DNA from: Octopus bimaculoides
Lineage: Eukaryota
Direction of reading: 5' to 3'
NCBI RefSeq assembly: GCF_001194135.2
Contig: NC_068988.1
Coordinates: 61,643,356-61,686,620 of the forward strand
Length of the DNA stretch: 43,265 nt
Part shown: positions 12,210 through 25,504 of the stretch, piece after piece
Position numbering within the stretch: the stretch's first letter is position 1
Layout of the letters: the number at the start of each line of letters is the position of its first letter
Program-made: the position numbers and the translations under genes
Notes under the pieces: generated by a model
Databases searched by the model: none
What the model was told of the DNA's origin: nothing
What the model saw: only the letters and a program-made list of their open reading frames with translations

Positions 12210-14135
12210 CACACATATTTTCCGCTACCAGATTCATCCATGAGGCATTTGTCAACTCGGCGCGAAAGTAGAAGAACACGCCCAAATTGCCGCGTGGTAA
12301 GACTTAAACTGAAAGCACATAGTTGCAAGTGGAAACCCTGAACCACAATCATACATCCACCTATTCATAGCCCTAGTCTATTATAAACCATTTTAGTCAC
12401 ATCATTATTGTATATAGTATTCATATACCTAGTATTCATGTACCTAGAATTACGTTTTTCACCGTCTGATTTCATTTTTCAGGGCTAAACTAAATTTAGT
12501 GTTCAGTAACATTTCACCTTAATTCTTACATTGGAAGCAGGAAATGAAATTCTTGATGTGGTTCGATGTTGCATTTCTGTTTGACTTTCGGAAGAATTAT
12601 TGTGTAAATTACCTCAATTCTTGCCCAATTTCAGCGTGAACTTCTACTCAGAGCCACACATTCTTTCGTTTCAAAAGCGTCAGGGCATATTATGCGTTTT
12701 AGAGATTCGAATAGTAATAGTTTAACCGAGAGACAAACTTTCATGCATCCCCTAGCAATTTATATCCTTGTCATATTAAACAATATATCCAGTCTTATTA
12801 ACGACGATTGGCTAGAAATACAAAAGGTGATTTGGTTACTCGTTCTCGTAGTGTGAAAAACTGAGTAGATTTTCTTCACTTAGATTGTCAATGGATGATT
12901 TACTTTTTTCTATAAGAGGAAATGTTAGAAGAGAAACACTTTGATTCTTCTAGTCTGGTGTATTTCTTTTATAATATGGAACAATGCTTAATGAAGTCTT
13001 GATGTATATCAGCAACTACAACGTAAGACCATTGCATATAAAACATATACTCGCTTATATACACAACTTTATGCTTATACACATCTAAACGCAACAGATA
13101 TGCACAAATACATAGATACATACACACACACACATACACATATATATGTATGTAAACATATATTTATACATAAATAAATGAATATATATATATGTATATT
13201 TGTATATACGTATATATATATACATATACATGTGCGTATNNNNNNNNNNNNNNNNNNNNNNNNNNNNNNNNNNNNNNNNNNNNNNNNNNNNNNNNNNNNN
13301 NNNNNNNNNNNNNNNNNNNNNNNNNNNNNNNNNNNNNNNNNNNNNNNNNNNNNNNNNNNNNNNNNNNNNNNNNNNNNNNNNNNNNNNNNNNNNNNNNNNN
13401 NNNNNNNNNNNNNNNNNNNNNNNNNNNNNNNNNNNNNNNNNNNNNNNNNNNNNNNNNNNNNNNNNNNNNNNNNNNNNNNNNNNNNNNNNNNNNNNNNNNN
13501 NNNNNNNNNNNNNNNNNNNNNNNNNNNNNNNNNNNNNNNNNNNNNNNNNNNNNNNNNNNNNNNNNNNNNNNNNNNNNNNNNNNNNNNNNNNNNNNNNNNN
13601 NNNNNNNNNNNNNNNNNNNNNNNNNNNNNNNNNNNNNNNNNNNNNNNNNNNNNNNNNNNNNNNNNNNNNNNNNNNNNNNNNNNNNNNNNNNNNNNNNNNN
13701 NNNNNNNNNNNNNNNNNNNNNNNNNNNNNNNNNNNNNNNNNNNNNNNNNNNNNNNNNNNNNNNNNNNNNNNNNNNNNNNNNNNNNNNNNNNNNNNNNNNN
13801 NNNNNNNNNNNNNNNNNNNNNNNNNNNNNNNNNNNNNNNNNNNNNNNNNNNNNNNNNNNNNNNNNNNNNNNNNNNNNNNNNNNNNNNNNNNNNNNNNNNN
13901 NNNNNNNNNNNNNNNNNNNNNNNNNNNNNNNNNNNNNNNNNNNNNNNNNNNNNNNNNNNNNNNNNNNNNNNNNNNNNNNNNNNNNNNNNNNNNNNNNNNN
14001 NNNNNNNNNNNNNNNNNNNNNNNNNNNNNNNNNNNNNNNNNNNNNNNNNNNNNNNNNNNNNNNNNNNNNNNNNNNNNNNNNNNNNNNNNNNNNNNNNNNN
14101 NNNNNNNNNNNNNNNNNNNNNNNNNNNNNNNNNNN

Positions 14136-14455
14136 GCCTCGGGCCGACCAAAGCCTTGTGAGTGGATTTGGTAGACGGAAACTGAAAGAAGCCCGTCGTA
14201 TATATGTATATATGTATATGTATGTGTGTATATGTTGTGTATCTGTGTTTGTCCCGCCCCCCAACATCACTTGACAACCAATGCTAGTGTGTTTAGGTCC
14301 CCGTAATTTAGCAGTTCGGCGAAAAGAGACCGATAGAATAAGTACTAGGCTTACAAAGAATAAGTCCTCGGTCTATTTGATTCGACTAAAGGCGGTGCTC
14401 CAGCATGGCCGCAGTCAAATGACTGAAACAAGTAAAAGAATAACAGAAAAGAAAG
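14136..14455 (+). mobile_element. SINE family A, 5' end lost in gap
   Basis: GCCTCGGGCCGACCAAAGCCTTGTGAGTGGATTTGGTAGACGGAAACTGAAAGAAGCCCGTCG is identical to 3311-3373. It is followed by the internal microsatellite and the 3' half. Confidence 0.95.
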
Positions 14456-14457
14456 AA

Positions 14458-15611
14458 TTGCGTTTTAAATTTTGGAATCTTTTTTTTTTCGGGCATTCTA
14501 TTTTTTAATTATTCTAGAAACTATTTTTTATTCTAGTTAATTTTAGTTAATTTTTGTTTACTTTTAGATCATTAAAATGGAATGTCAAGTAATGAAATAC
14601 GAGCATTTTCGACACCTTCTTTTTGCTTTAAATCAAGGTTCTAAGGCTGCAAAAGCTGCTCGCGACATTTGTGCTGTGTATGGAGAGGGTGCCATAGCTG
14701 AAAGAACCGCTCGTAATTGGCATGCCAAGTTCAAACATGGAAATTTTGATCTCAAAGACGCAACTCTTTCCCGTTGAGTTCGATGAAGAGAGATTAAACC
14801 AATTTTGCACGAAAATTCCCGTCAAACGACAAGGAAACTGACATAGAAAATGCTATAGAGAAGCATATTCACTCGATGGGAAAGGTTCAGAAATATAGGT
14901 CATAGGTTCCGCATGCTTTAAGTGACAACAAGAAAAATCAACGAGCCACAATCACCGTTGGTTTGCTTGCTCGTTACCGCTCAGCTCATGGACACAAGGA
15001 ACGAATTCTTTACCGAATGGTGCCTGTACATCAATACGAAGCAGCGTCAGTAATGGCTTAGCCCCGGTAAACAAGCGACACATCGCGTGAAACAAGATCT
15101 TCATCCGCGTAAAACGATGTTGTGTGTATGGTGGGACTGGGAAGGGATTATCCATTACGAATTGCTCCAACGGAACCAAACGGTCAACGGGAACTATATG
15201 TTCAACAGGTGGAACAGCTCAACACGGCTATTCAAGAGAAAAGACCTAATCGTCAGAATGGAGTTCTTCTACTGAACAACAACGCCCACCTTCATATCGC
15301 CAATATGACCAAGCAAACCATTCAAACGCATGGCTGGGAAGTGCTGCCACACCCGCCGCATTCTGCTGATCTAGCACCAACGGAAATTTACCTCTTTCCA
15401 TCTCTTTCAAATGCTATGCTCGGAGTTTCGTTCAATACTGATGCATAATAGAGAGCTTGGTTGCATCAATTTTTCGAGTCGAAATCGAGTGATTTCTACT
15501 AACGTGGTATTGAAAATCTTGTTGAACGTTGGGAAGAAGTTGTAAACAACATGGGTGAATACATTAGTGATTAATTAGTTGTTATTTATCATTAAGCTTT
15601 TTAAAAAAATT
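14458..15611 (+). mobile_element. Mariner element, no clear TIRs (3' end runs into gap)
   Basis: AT-rich 5' UTR plus the transposase remnant. The left end abuts the SINE A tail. Confidence 0.8.
14577..15574 (+). pseudogene. Mariner (DD34D-type) transposase pseudogene
   Basis: N-terminal HTH region MECQVMKYEHFRHLL...RTARNWHAKFKHGNFDLKD; *VPHAL (WVPHEL motif); WCLYIN; KTMLCVWWDWEGIIHYELL; VLPHPPHSADLAPTEIYLF (YSPDLAP motif); C-terminal RWEEVVNNMGEYISD*. It has multiple frameshifts and stops. The TGDEK segment is deleted near 15015, the second D reads N and the third D reads E. Confidence 0.95.
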
Positions 15612-16069
15612 NNNNNNNNNNNNNNNNNNNNNNNNNNNNNNNNNNNNNNNNNNNNNNNNNNNNNNNNNNNNNNNNNNNNNNNNNNNNNNNNNNNNNNNNN
15701 NNNNNNNNNNNNNNNNNNNNNNNNNNNNNNNNNNNNNNNNNNNNNNNNNNNNNNNNNNNNNNNNNNNNNNNNNNNNNNNNNNNNNNNNNNNNNNNNNNNN
15801 NNNNNNNNNNNNNNNNNNNNNNNNNNNNNNNNNNNNNNNNNNNNNNNNNNNNNNNNNNNNNNNNNNNNNNNNNNNNNNNNNNNNNNNNNNNNNNNNNNNN
15901 NNNNNNNNNNNNNNNNNNNNNNNNNNNNNNNNNNNNNNNNNNNNNNNNNNNNNNNNNNCTATGCATAAGCTTTCTTGTGTTAAGTACTGGTTATCGCAAA
16001 CGCATTAAAATAGTTATAGATTCTTTGATAACGATAAGAAAATGTTAAAAAGTTTACAAGAAAGCATTA

Positions 16070-16149
16070 GAGAGAGAGAGAGAGGGAGAGAGATAGAGAG
16101 AGAGAGGGGGAGAGAGAGAGGGAGAGAGAGAGAGAGGGAGGGAGAGAGT
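16070..16149. repeat. (AG)n microsatellite
   Basis: Direct reading. Confidence 0.9.
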
Positions 16150-16160
16150 ATATATATTCA

Positions 16161-16309
16161 TTTATTCCTTTCTTTTTACTTGTTTCAGTCATTTGAGTGC
16201 GGCCATGCAGGAGCACCACTTTTGGTCGAATAAATCGACACCAGGACTTTGTAATCCTAGTAGTAGTCTATCGTCCCTTTTGCCGAATCGCTAAGTTATG
16301 GAGACATGT
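16161..16309 (-). mobile_element. SINE family A, 3' half
   Basis: TTTTACTTGTTTCAGTCATTTGAGTGCGGCCATGCAGGAGCACC...TTTTGCCGAATCGCTAAGTTA is the reverse complement of the family A 3' half. Confidence 0.88.
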
Positions 16310-16310
16310 A

Positions 16311-16334
16311 TATCTGCCTGTCTGTCTATCTATC

Positions 16335-16389
<55 letters not shown>

Positions 16390-16490
16390 ATATCTATCTA
16401 TCTATCGATCTATCTACCTATTTGTCCGTCTATCTATCTGTCTATCTGTCTATCAATTTAGCTATTTGTCTGTCTATCTATCTATGTATC
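16311..16490. repeat. (CTAT)n/(CTGT)n microsatellite
   Basis: Direct reading. Confidence 0.9.
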
Positions 16491-17149
16491 TAATTCTTTA
16501 TTTGTTTGTCTGTCTGCCTGTCATTCTCTCTGTCTGTGTGTCTGTCACTCTATATATCTAACTGTGTCTACCTATATAAAACTCAGCCTTGTATCTTTAT
16601 CTACAATCCAAAATAACTTTTCTTCATATTTTAAATTCTATTTATTTATTTACTGTGTATTTATATAATTTTTCATATGTTATTTGATTTTCTATTTCTA
16701 TTATATGATTTATTCGTTTAGATACTGCGAGGTGTTCAGCCAAAACGTTGAAAATCAAGTCGTAATAACATTATATCTTCATTATTTTATTTGTTATTCT
16801 TGGATTTTAGTATATTTCGTTTTCTGAATTTGTATTTGTCTATTTGTCAGAGCCCTTTTAATAATTATAGTGTCTGTTCTTTAAATGGGGAAATCTGTGG
16901 AATACATCTATGGACTCTGTGAAGAAACACATTACTATTTCACAGAAGGTAATTTGATTTGCCATGAAATGTTCTTACGTGTAAGCTATTCGTTATATTA
17001 CGACACAATTATATTCATATATGAATATATGTGCGTGTGCGTATATGTGTCTGTGTGCGTGTGGGTTTATAAATGTGCCAGCGATTACTCAAAACAAACC
17101 AGAATTTGGCGATATTTTTCTATTCACTTAGTTTTACATCTTTACTGTA

Positions 17150-17780
17150 TTTATCGCCTTCAAAGTATTCTCCATTTCAAGATTCGGTCATGATTCATTT
17201 TCCACTGTTCGAAGCAGTGCTGGAACTCTTGTGAAATGATGTCTTTAACGCCACCGTCGTCTTTTCTTCACCTCTTCCACATCTACAAATTCCGTACCAC
17301 CAGCTTTCGTCACTAGTGATGACTTTCGAAAAAAGTTCCGGATCATTTTCCAACTTTCCTTTTAGTTCACGACACGTATAAAACTGTGACTGCTTTTGAT
17401 CTCCCGTATGCAGGCGAGACACAAATTTTGCTGCAACTATTTTTCTTTGCAATTCATCACTCAAAATTCGTTGGCAGGAGCTCCAAGACATACCAGTCAT
17501 ATAAACATATTTGTAAATGTTCGCTGACGGTCCTCAACGATCAGTTCATGAATTTTCATGATGCTTTTTTCGTTCGGGTGGTGGACGGTGGCCTTGAACA
17601 GGGTTTGCCCTCAAGCGGCTACTGACCATTCGTAAAGCGTAAAAATCACACGTAACCTTGTGTTTTGCTTTTGACAGCGGCCTTGTAAGCTGTTTGAAGC
17701 ATGACAACTGTTCCGGCCGCCACTTTCCGCAGCAGAATACAGAATTTCACGCTTGCCTGCTGTTCCTTTATTTCAGGCAT
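17150..17780 (-). pseudogene. Internally deleted mariner transposase from a second, unrelated family
   Basis: Minus strand gives MPEIKEQQASVKFCILLRKVAAGTVVMLQTAYK..., TGMSWSSCQRILSDELQRKIVAAKFVSRL..., ELFSKVITSDESWWYG. It then jumps near 17290 straight to C-terminal FVDVEEVKK...QEFQHCFEQWK...GEYFEGDK. Confidence 0.92.
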
Positions 17781-18472
17781 TGCAAATTTCGACGATCTGG
17801 GGAGTAACACTCGAAAATCCAAGAAAACCCACCACGTGACGTTATGACCCTAAAGGACAACGACTGTCGGGAGTTAAATGTCTGAGGTTTGCATCAAGTG
17901 GATTCTAACGGCGATTGTTTCGGCTTACATCTGCACTGCTCTATAGGGGACATTAGACATGTAACCCCAAACGATTGTCGTGCTAAATAAAGCTTACAGT
18001 TCACTCTGTCTTTCCTATCAATTACTTAAAATATACTAAACGTGCACGAAGTAATTCCTTACGTAGATCCTGCGACTAAAGTGCAGTACAGCGGATGACA
18101 ACTTGTAGCCGTATGTGCGGAATGTGTTCTCAATGCACACTACTATTGACATACCCAAACCAAGGTTTAGATACTACATTTTACAGTATCCCATTTAAAC
18201 TTTAATTTTACTGCGCAATTATTTGTGGTACGATTAAAGAATATTTATGTTCCACATAGCCTCTCTTAAAAAATTCCTAAAAATTTGACACGTATGTAAA
18301 CTAATATTTATAAATATTCGGTTGTAGGAGTTGCCACAGGAGAAACCTTTTTGATGTATTGTAACTAATAAAATAGAATTACTAGATCGCCAACCAAAGT
18401 ATGCTATATTTTTCGGCTTGCTTATTTTCCGTTGTGTGACATCTAAGTGGGAGAAATATCAATCTATATATG

Positions 18473-19318
18473 TATATTATTTATACATATAAATACATTC
18501 ATACATGGTATATATATATAGCTTNNNNNNNNNNNNNNNNNNNNNNNNNNNNNNNNNNNNNNNNNNNNNNNNNNNNNNNNNNNNNNNNNNNNNNNNNNNN
18601 NNNNNNNNNNNNNNNNNNNNNNNNNNNNNNNNNNNNNNNNNNNNNNNNNNNNNNNNNNNNNNNNNNNNNNNNNNNNNNNNNNNNNNNNNNNNNNNNNNNN
18701 NNNNNNNNNNNNNNNNNNNNNNNNNNNNNNNNNNNNNNNNNNNNNNNNNNNNNNNNNNNNNNNNNNNNNNNNNNNNNNNNNNNNNNNNNNNNNNNNNNNN
18801 NNNNNNNNNNNNNNNNNNNNNNNNNNNNNNNNNNNNNNNNNNNNNNNNNNNNNNNNNNNNNNNNNNNNNNNNNNNNNNNNNNNNNNNNNNNNNNNNNNNN
18901 NNNNNNNNNNNNNNNNNNNNNNNNNNNNNNNNNNNNNNNNNNNNNNNNNNNNNNNNNNNNNNNNNNNNNNNNNNNNNNNNNNNNNNNNNNNNNNNNNNNN
19001 NNNNNNNNNNNNNNNNNNNNNNNNNNNNNNNNNNNNNNNNNNNNNNNNNNNNNNNNNNNNNNNNNNNNNNTCTAGAACGTATGTGTTTCTATATGTAAAT
19101 AGCAATACATGAACAGATATATACTCAGAGTAAACATACATGCATATTAGAAAATTACATACATGTGTATGTGCGTATGCATGTATATAGGTTTACCTGT
19201 ATATATATGTTTCATGTATATGTTTATATTAATAAGTATATGCGCATATACATGAGTATAACTATATGCACCCATATATACATACACACACATATATATA
19301 TATATCGGTGTATGTATA

Positions 19319-19353
<35 letters not shown>

Positions 19354-19396
19354 TATACATATAAATACATTCATACATGGTATATATATATAGCTT
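18473..19396. repeat. Identical 52-bp direct repeat on either side of an assembly gap
   Basis: TATATTATTTATACATATAAATACATTCATACATGGTATATATATATAGCTT at 18473-18524 (ends exactly at the gap) and at 19345-19396. Confidence 0.9.
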
Positions 19397-20639
19397 GGCA
19401 AGCATACCTACGCCAGAATAACTGCGTAAAAACAAAAGCAAAACGAGTTACACTCACAAGCAGACGCACTCTCTGATGTCACAAACATATATACGCACGT
19501 TCACATTCAGAGAGTTACCACTTTTGCAATCTAAGATGATAGCTCTTCCCTTTTGGAATCTATCAAAATGAAATAAAGTAGGAAGAAATATAGAATAAAA
19601 GAAAATGATACCAACGAAATGAAAAACAACAAATTAAAACAATGAAAATAAAATTAACAAATACATGCAATAAAAATGTAAACAAAATTGCAAATTGACC
19701 ACTTTACAAAAAAGACCTCATAAATATTTACGATAATAGCTACCAAGCGACCTAATGGTAGGATACAGTTTTTCATTGATATGCGTAGCTATTTCTATGG
19801 TAATTTTGATATGAGTTAATATAAATACAGGGTGAACATCTGGTTATATATATTATATATGCTCAGTGCAGATACTGTGAGAGGGAAATAAAAACAAAAG
19901 ACTAATGAGAAAAAAGAAACTGAATGCTTTCCTCTGTTGATATAGTGTAAGCGTATGATGAAAGATATTTCTTATCTCGTAGATCACCAGAAAAGAAAAT
20001 ATGCACACGTACACATATAAATGAATATACTACGTTATATATANNNNNNNNNNNNNNNNNNNNNNNNNNNNNNNNNNNNNNNNNNNNNNNNNNATGTATT
20101 TTTATATGTATCTGCATATATATATATATATATATATACATATGTATATGTGTGTGTATAAGAGGAAATTAAAATACATAAATACGAACACAGAATGCAT
20201 ATATAATAATGAAGATCATTTTACATGAGCTTAGAAACACACAATCTATATAAATTGAGAGGAAATAACTAAAAATACGTAAAAGAAAAGAATAGTAATA
20301 AATGATAACAAAGCAGAAATAAAAGAATATATATAAAAAAAAAGAACAGCTTTACTGAGGTGAATAAGAGGAAAATTTTGTTGAAAAGAAAAATAAGATA
20401 TTAGGCAGTATTATGAAATGCTACAGTGGAAAGATAATACATAAAAATAAATAAATAAATATCAATAAGAATAATGATATTACTATTATTATTGTCTTTT
20501 TGATTATTCTTGTTGCTGTTGCTTTTGTTATAACGCTGAAATGATAATAATAATGGTGATAAGAATGCACTAAAATATGAATACCAAGTGAAGTGGTTGA
20601 TACTGAATGGAAGAGAAAGTAGTGCCGAATAATGGAGAT

Positions 20640-21240
20640 ATATATTTGTCGGTCATTGGGTGGTGAAGATTAGAAACGATTGAAGTAGAATGAGACAGGG
20701 AGAAAGAATAAAAGAAGAGAGGGTTGAGAATAAGAGAGAAAGTGACTGAGAGAATATGAGAGAGTAAGAAAGAGAGACAGAGACAGGGAAAGAGATAATG
20801 TGGAGAGTGGGGTCAAAAGAGATGGAGAGAAAACAGGAAAAGTTATTGTTGAAGAAAAATATACATTAGATAGTGTGGCGGGGTAAAAAACATTCATAGA
20901 GATAAAGATGACGATAAGAGCAACGAGAGTGAAAATAAAAGAGAGTTGACGTGATAAAGACAAGAATATAGAGAGAGTGAAAGGACCACAGTAAAGTTGA
21001 CTGAGAAGAAGAGAGGGACAGTGAGAGAGAAAATAATGCAGAGAATTAGTTATGAAACTGGAGAGAAATAGATACAGTTATTAATGTTCAATTGAGGATG
21101 AACAGAAAATGTTGTTCTGTATTGGTAAGGAGATAGATGTGTTGTTAGGTTCAGAGTAAGAGTAAGGGATGGAATTAAACAGCAATGCAAAAGTGAAGGA
21201 AGAATATAGTGAACCGGCGCTGTACATACATAAACACATA
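20640..21240. repeat. Purine-rich low-complexity tract (decayed AG/AAG repeats)
   Basis: Strong A/G strand bias with no recognisable protein. Confidence 0.6.
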
Positions 21241-21293
21241 CATACATACACACATTCAGACATGCATATATATACCTGTATAAATACACACAC

Positions 21294-21346
<53 letters not shown>

Positions 21347-21650
21347 CACACACACATATATATATATATGCTAATGTGTTTACATGTGCATACGTGTACT
21401 TTACACACAGACAAAGACACACACACACACCCATATAGAAATATTTATATGTATATATGTACACACACACATATATATATATATGTATGTTTGTATGTGT
21501 ATACATATAAATATACATGCATATACATATATCGATATATGTATATTTATGTATATCTATATATATTTATTTATATATATGCATATATATTTTCACATAC
21601 ATATATATACATATATCTATTTAAATATATACGTACATATTTATATACAT

Positions 21651-21700
<50 letters not shown>

Positions 21701-22010
21701 CTCAAGCTACGAGATAAGAGATAATACGTCGGTGTGAGGAGGAAGATATGAAAAACAATAGTTGTGCGTTAGGAATATCTTCTCAAAAAGAGGAACTTGA
21801 CGTAAAAAAGAGAAACGCTTTAAAAAATCATTCTGAGCTTTGCTCGATAACTCCAAAAATAATACGTCTAAAAAATGTTCGAACATACAGGTTACGCTAT
21901 GACAGGTAATATGTATGATAGAATAGAATACACCTATCTAGCTATCTGTATATTCATCTCACTACCTACATATCTACTTTCCTAGCTACATCTTCCGATC
22001 TGTATACATA

Positions 22011-23268
22011 CACGGCTTGGACAAAATAATGGAAACAACTAGCATCATAATTTTGAAATATCTATAAAACTGACAAAAGCTTGCTTATTTGTGTGTTTTC
22101 TTTTTGATTTATCATTAGTGTTGCATAATGTCTTGCTACAATTGCTGTTTCTTTTCTGATATCATCAGAAAAATGTACATAAAATTCATTGAAATGACAG
22201 ATCTATCTAACTTTCAAAGAAGTCAAATTGTTGGTGCTTGTATGGCAGGCGCTAGCGTAACGAAAACAGCCGAAATGTTTAATGTATCTAGAAGTACTGT
22301 CTCGAAATTAATGACAGACTTTGAGAAAGAGGGAAAAACCTCCTCGTTGAAACAAAGCTCCGGAAGAAAACGAAAATTTTCAGATATGGACTGTCGAACT
22401 CTTACGCAAATTGTAAGAGAGGATCACAAAAGCCCAGCTTCTAAAATTACTTCAGAGATTAATGTCCACCTCGAGAACCCAGTTTCCACAAAAACTGTTC
22501 GCCGGCAGCTGCACAAAGCCGGATTTCCCGGGAGCGCTGCAATCAGAAAACCACTACTTTCAAAGACAAACGTTGCAAAGCGTTTAGAGTGGAGTAAAAG
22601 CCTACAGAATTGGTCCCTAGAGTAGTGGAAGGATGTTATTTTTTCGGACGAGTCATCCTTTACCGTATTTTTGATCACCAGCCGAGTATACGTTTGGAGA
22701 CAGCCAAAAGAAGCAATTGACCAAGACTGCCTTCTTCCAACTGTTAAACATGATGGAGGATATGTGGTGATCTGGGGGGAGGGCTATACTTTGGAAATCC
22801 ACTAGCTCAATGATTCCCTTCATGGCAGAATTTATAGTCAAGACTATTTAAACACTTTTTTCTGATCAAATCCATCCTATTGTTGCGGAACTGTTTCCGG
22901 GGGGAGACGCAGTCTTTCAGTATGATAATGCACCAACTCACACAGCTAAATTTGTTAGTGAATGGCACTAGAAATATTCTAGTGAAGTTGAACATCTTAT
23001 CTGGCCACCACAGTCCCTACATCTCAATATTATTGAACATTTGTGGTGCATTTTTGAAAAACAAGACAGGAGTTGATATCCTCCACCATCATCACTACAA
23101 GAACTGGAGATTTTTTAGCTGAAGAATGAACAAAAATTCCTTTGGAAGCAATTCAAACTTTGTACGTGTCTATACTTCGTAGAACACAAGCTGTAATTAC
23201 TGCTCAAGGCGGTCCTACCCCATATTAAAATAAATTTGTTTGAAATTTAAAGGTGTTTCCATTATTTT
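22011..23268 (+). mobile_element. Tc1-like DNA transposon with DD36E spacing
   Basis: TA at 22009-22010 precedes the left TIR CACGGCTTGGACAAAATAATGGAAACAAC. The right TIR remnant GGTGTTTCCATTATTTT (23252-23268) matches 22023-22039 at 16 of 17 positions. The element is about 1.26 kb. Confidence 0.96.
22194..23228 (+). pseudogene. Tc1 transposase pseudogene (~345 codons, several stops and frameshifts)
   Basis: MTDLSNFQRSQIVGA...SGRKRK...AIRKPLLS...LE*WKDVIFSDESSF...PTVKHDGG...VFQYDNAPTHTA...WPPQSLHLNIIEHLW...AVITAQGGPTPY*. The second D is at 22924 and the E at 23035. Confidence 0.96.
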
Positions 23269-23312
23269 ATATATATCAGAGGAAGCTTGACCCTTTCACA
23301 CACTCACACACA

Positions 23313-23354
<42 letters not shown>

Positions 23355-24151
23355 GACACGCACGCGCACAAACACACGCACACTCACATACAAAATACAC
23401 ACAGGCATAGAGGGACATACAAGTACATATTTTACTTAAGTTCATACATAAGTATGCACACGTATAGATAACTGTATCTTTAGCGCACGCATATAGATAT
23501 ATGCGTATTTTTATATATGAATGTATAAGTATGTACGTATATATGTAAGTGTATTATTACTGTGGTTTGAAAAGTAATAATTCTTATTTCCAGATTTCCT
23601 TGACTAATACATATCTTATAGATGGAATGGAATAGTATTGAACATAATATTCCGATATTTAAACACTGGCACACAGATGTGGTAGCGATGCTTACACATA
23701 CAAACTCTCATTCACCGATAAACGCAACCGTAAGCAAATCTCACATATACATGTTAATGTATGGAAATGTATATATATATATATATATNNNNNNNNNNNN
23801 NNNNNNNNNNNNNNNNNNNNNNNNNNNNNNNNNNNNNNNNNNNNNNNNNNNNNNNNNNNNNNNNNNNNNNNNNNNNNNNNNNNNNNNNNNNNNNNNNNNN
23901 NNNNNNNNNNNNNNNNNNNNNNNNNNNNNNNNNNNNNNNNNNNNNNNNNNNNNNNNNNNNNNNNNNNNNNNNNNNNNNNNNNNNACATACATATATATAT
24001 ATATGTATATATGTATATATTTATACATATATACATATATATCAATATATACGTATACATATATTCATATATGTTCTTTAATATTTCCTTTACTTTGAGA
24101 TATGATACATACATCTACATCTCTCTCTATATATATGTGTATGTGTGTGTG

Positions 24152-24185
<34 letters not shown>

Positions 24186-25504
24186 ATATTTCACAGTTAA
24201 GGAAATATAGGCAAAGAGAATATGTAGGATGTTATATTAAAAAAAAAAAATCAAATATCAAAATAAGAATATGAAAAAATTTAATCACTCAGAGATCGAT
24301 AAAACAAATTACATTGAAAAATATGTGTATATATGAAAAAAAAAACATATATAGAGAAGAAAATCTGTTGATGGAAACGAACTAAAAAATTGAGATATTT
24401 TCTTGATTAATCAATTGTGATAGAAATGTTTGTGTAAATTTAATATTTTGTTAATTATGCCGAGTAACAGATAAGCTTTGTAACTCCGTCATGTATTACA
24501 GATCTTTAATTGATAAATAATTTTATATAATTATAAATTAGATTAATATTGGTTGTTTCTCAGATGTACGTGCTGAAACATAAGTAACAGAAGATCAAAT
24601 ACAATGTTGGTGATCTGGGGAAAATATAAATTAATTATTGTAGTTTAAATGTTGGTGTTGATATTATTCATTGCCATACTATATATGATTGAAGCGACCC
24701 ACGATGAAAGTCATTCTAGAACTGAGCTTCCAGTCTTTCAAACAGTTTGTTTGATGATAATTCATTCAATATTTCATTTTAGTCAAAATTCTAGGGCAAC
24801 TGTGAGACTGCTGCACTATTCCAAGAAACTAAAACTCTTTCAGAGTATACACATCACAGTTTGCCCCCTTTTTTGTTTGTAAAATCTTATTCTACGATCA
24901 TGTGCATCTTTTCCTTAAGCGAAGAATGATATATGTCATTAAACACTATATTGTATACAATTCCAGAAGGAATTGATGCTATCGATTGTAAAATTGTTCA
25001 ACCAAATCTGAAAATAGGGCTAAATAATTGCAATAACGTGGTAGATCTATTTACAGCTACATAAGATATTTCATGCGTTGTAAACCTATATATCTTAATC
25101 CAGTTACCATGGAGAATTTGTTTTTAAGCCCCTCCATATGCGTTACAATAGGTAACAATACCATCCTTTCATTTCTGCGTCATAGTATCATTGAAGTATA
25201 TCCTAACGCTTTCGTTACTATGCAGGACGTGCAAGTTTATACTTTCATAGGACAGTCTATAGGTTCACACCTTTTGTCATCCTTCTTTTAATTATTTTTA
25301 AGAGATGCCATTTTTGTCTTGGTTGGATAGAGGCATGTTTCCCACATCCATATAGACTATCATATACCAAAAACTGAAAGAATTATAGCAAAATGTTCTG
25401 TCAAACGCTCTAATAAGTGTGTCAGTCAAATCCTCTGGCCTGAAATGTGAGTTCTATTAACTTCAGAAAGATAAAAAGTACCGCAAAATCGATGGGATTT
25501 GATA

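Noticed and set aside
16723-16750. CTGCGAGG..CCAAAACGTT, hammerhead-like
   Set aside because: Both core boxes are damaged, so a chance match cannot be excluded.
21991-22001. TCTTCCGATCT (11-nt adapter match), and AGATCGGAAG at 28541-28550
   Set aside because: Both are internal to contigs and shorter than the match at 40059. The second lies inside the LINE reading frame. They are compatible with chance.
24649-24882. 77-aa ORF with a hydrophobic, signal-peptide-like N-terminus (MLVLILFIAILYMIEA)
   Set aside because: Hydrophobic starts are common by chance in AT-rich DNA, and there is no homology, clear donor site or processing motif. RNA-seq would settle it.
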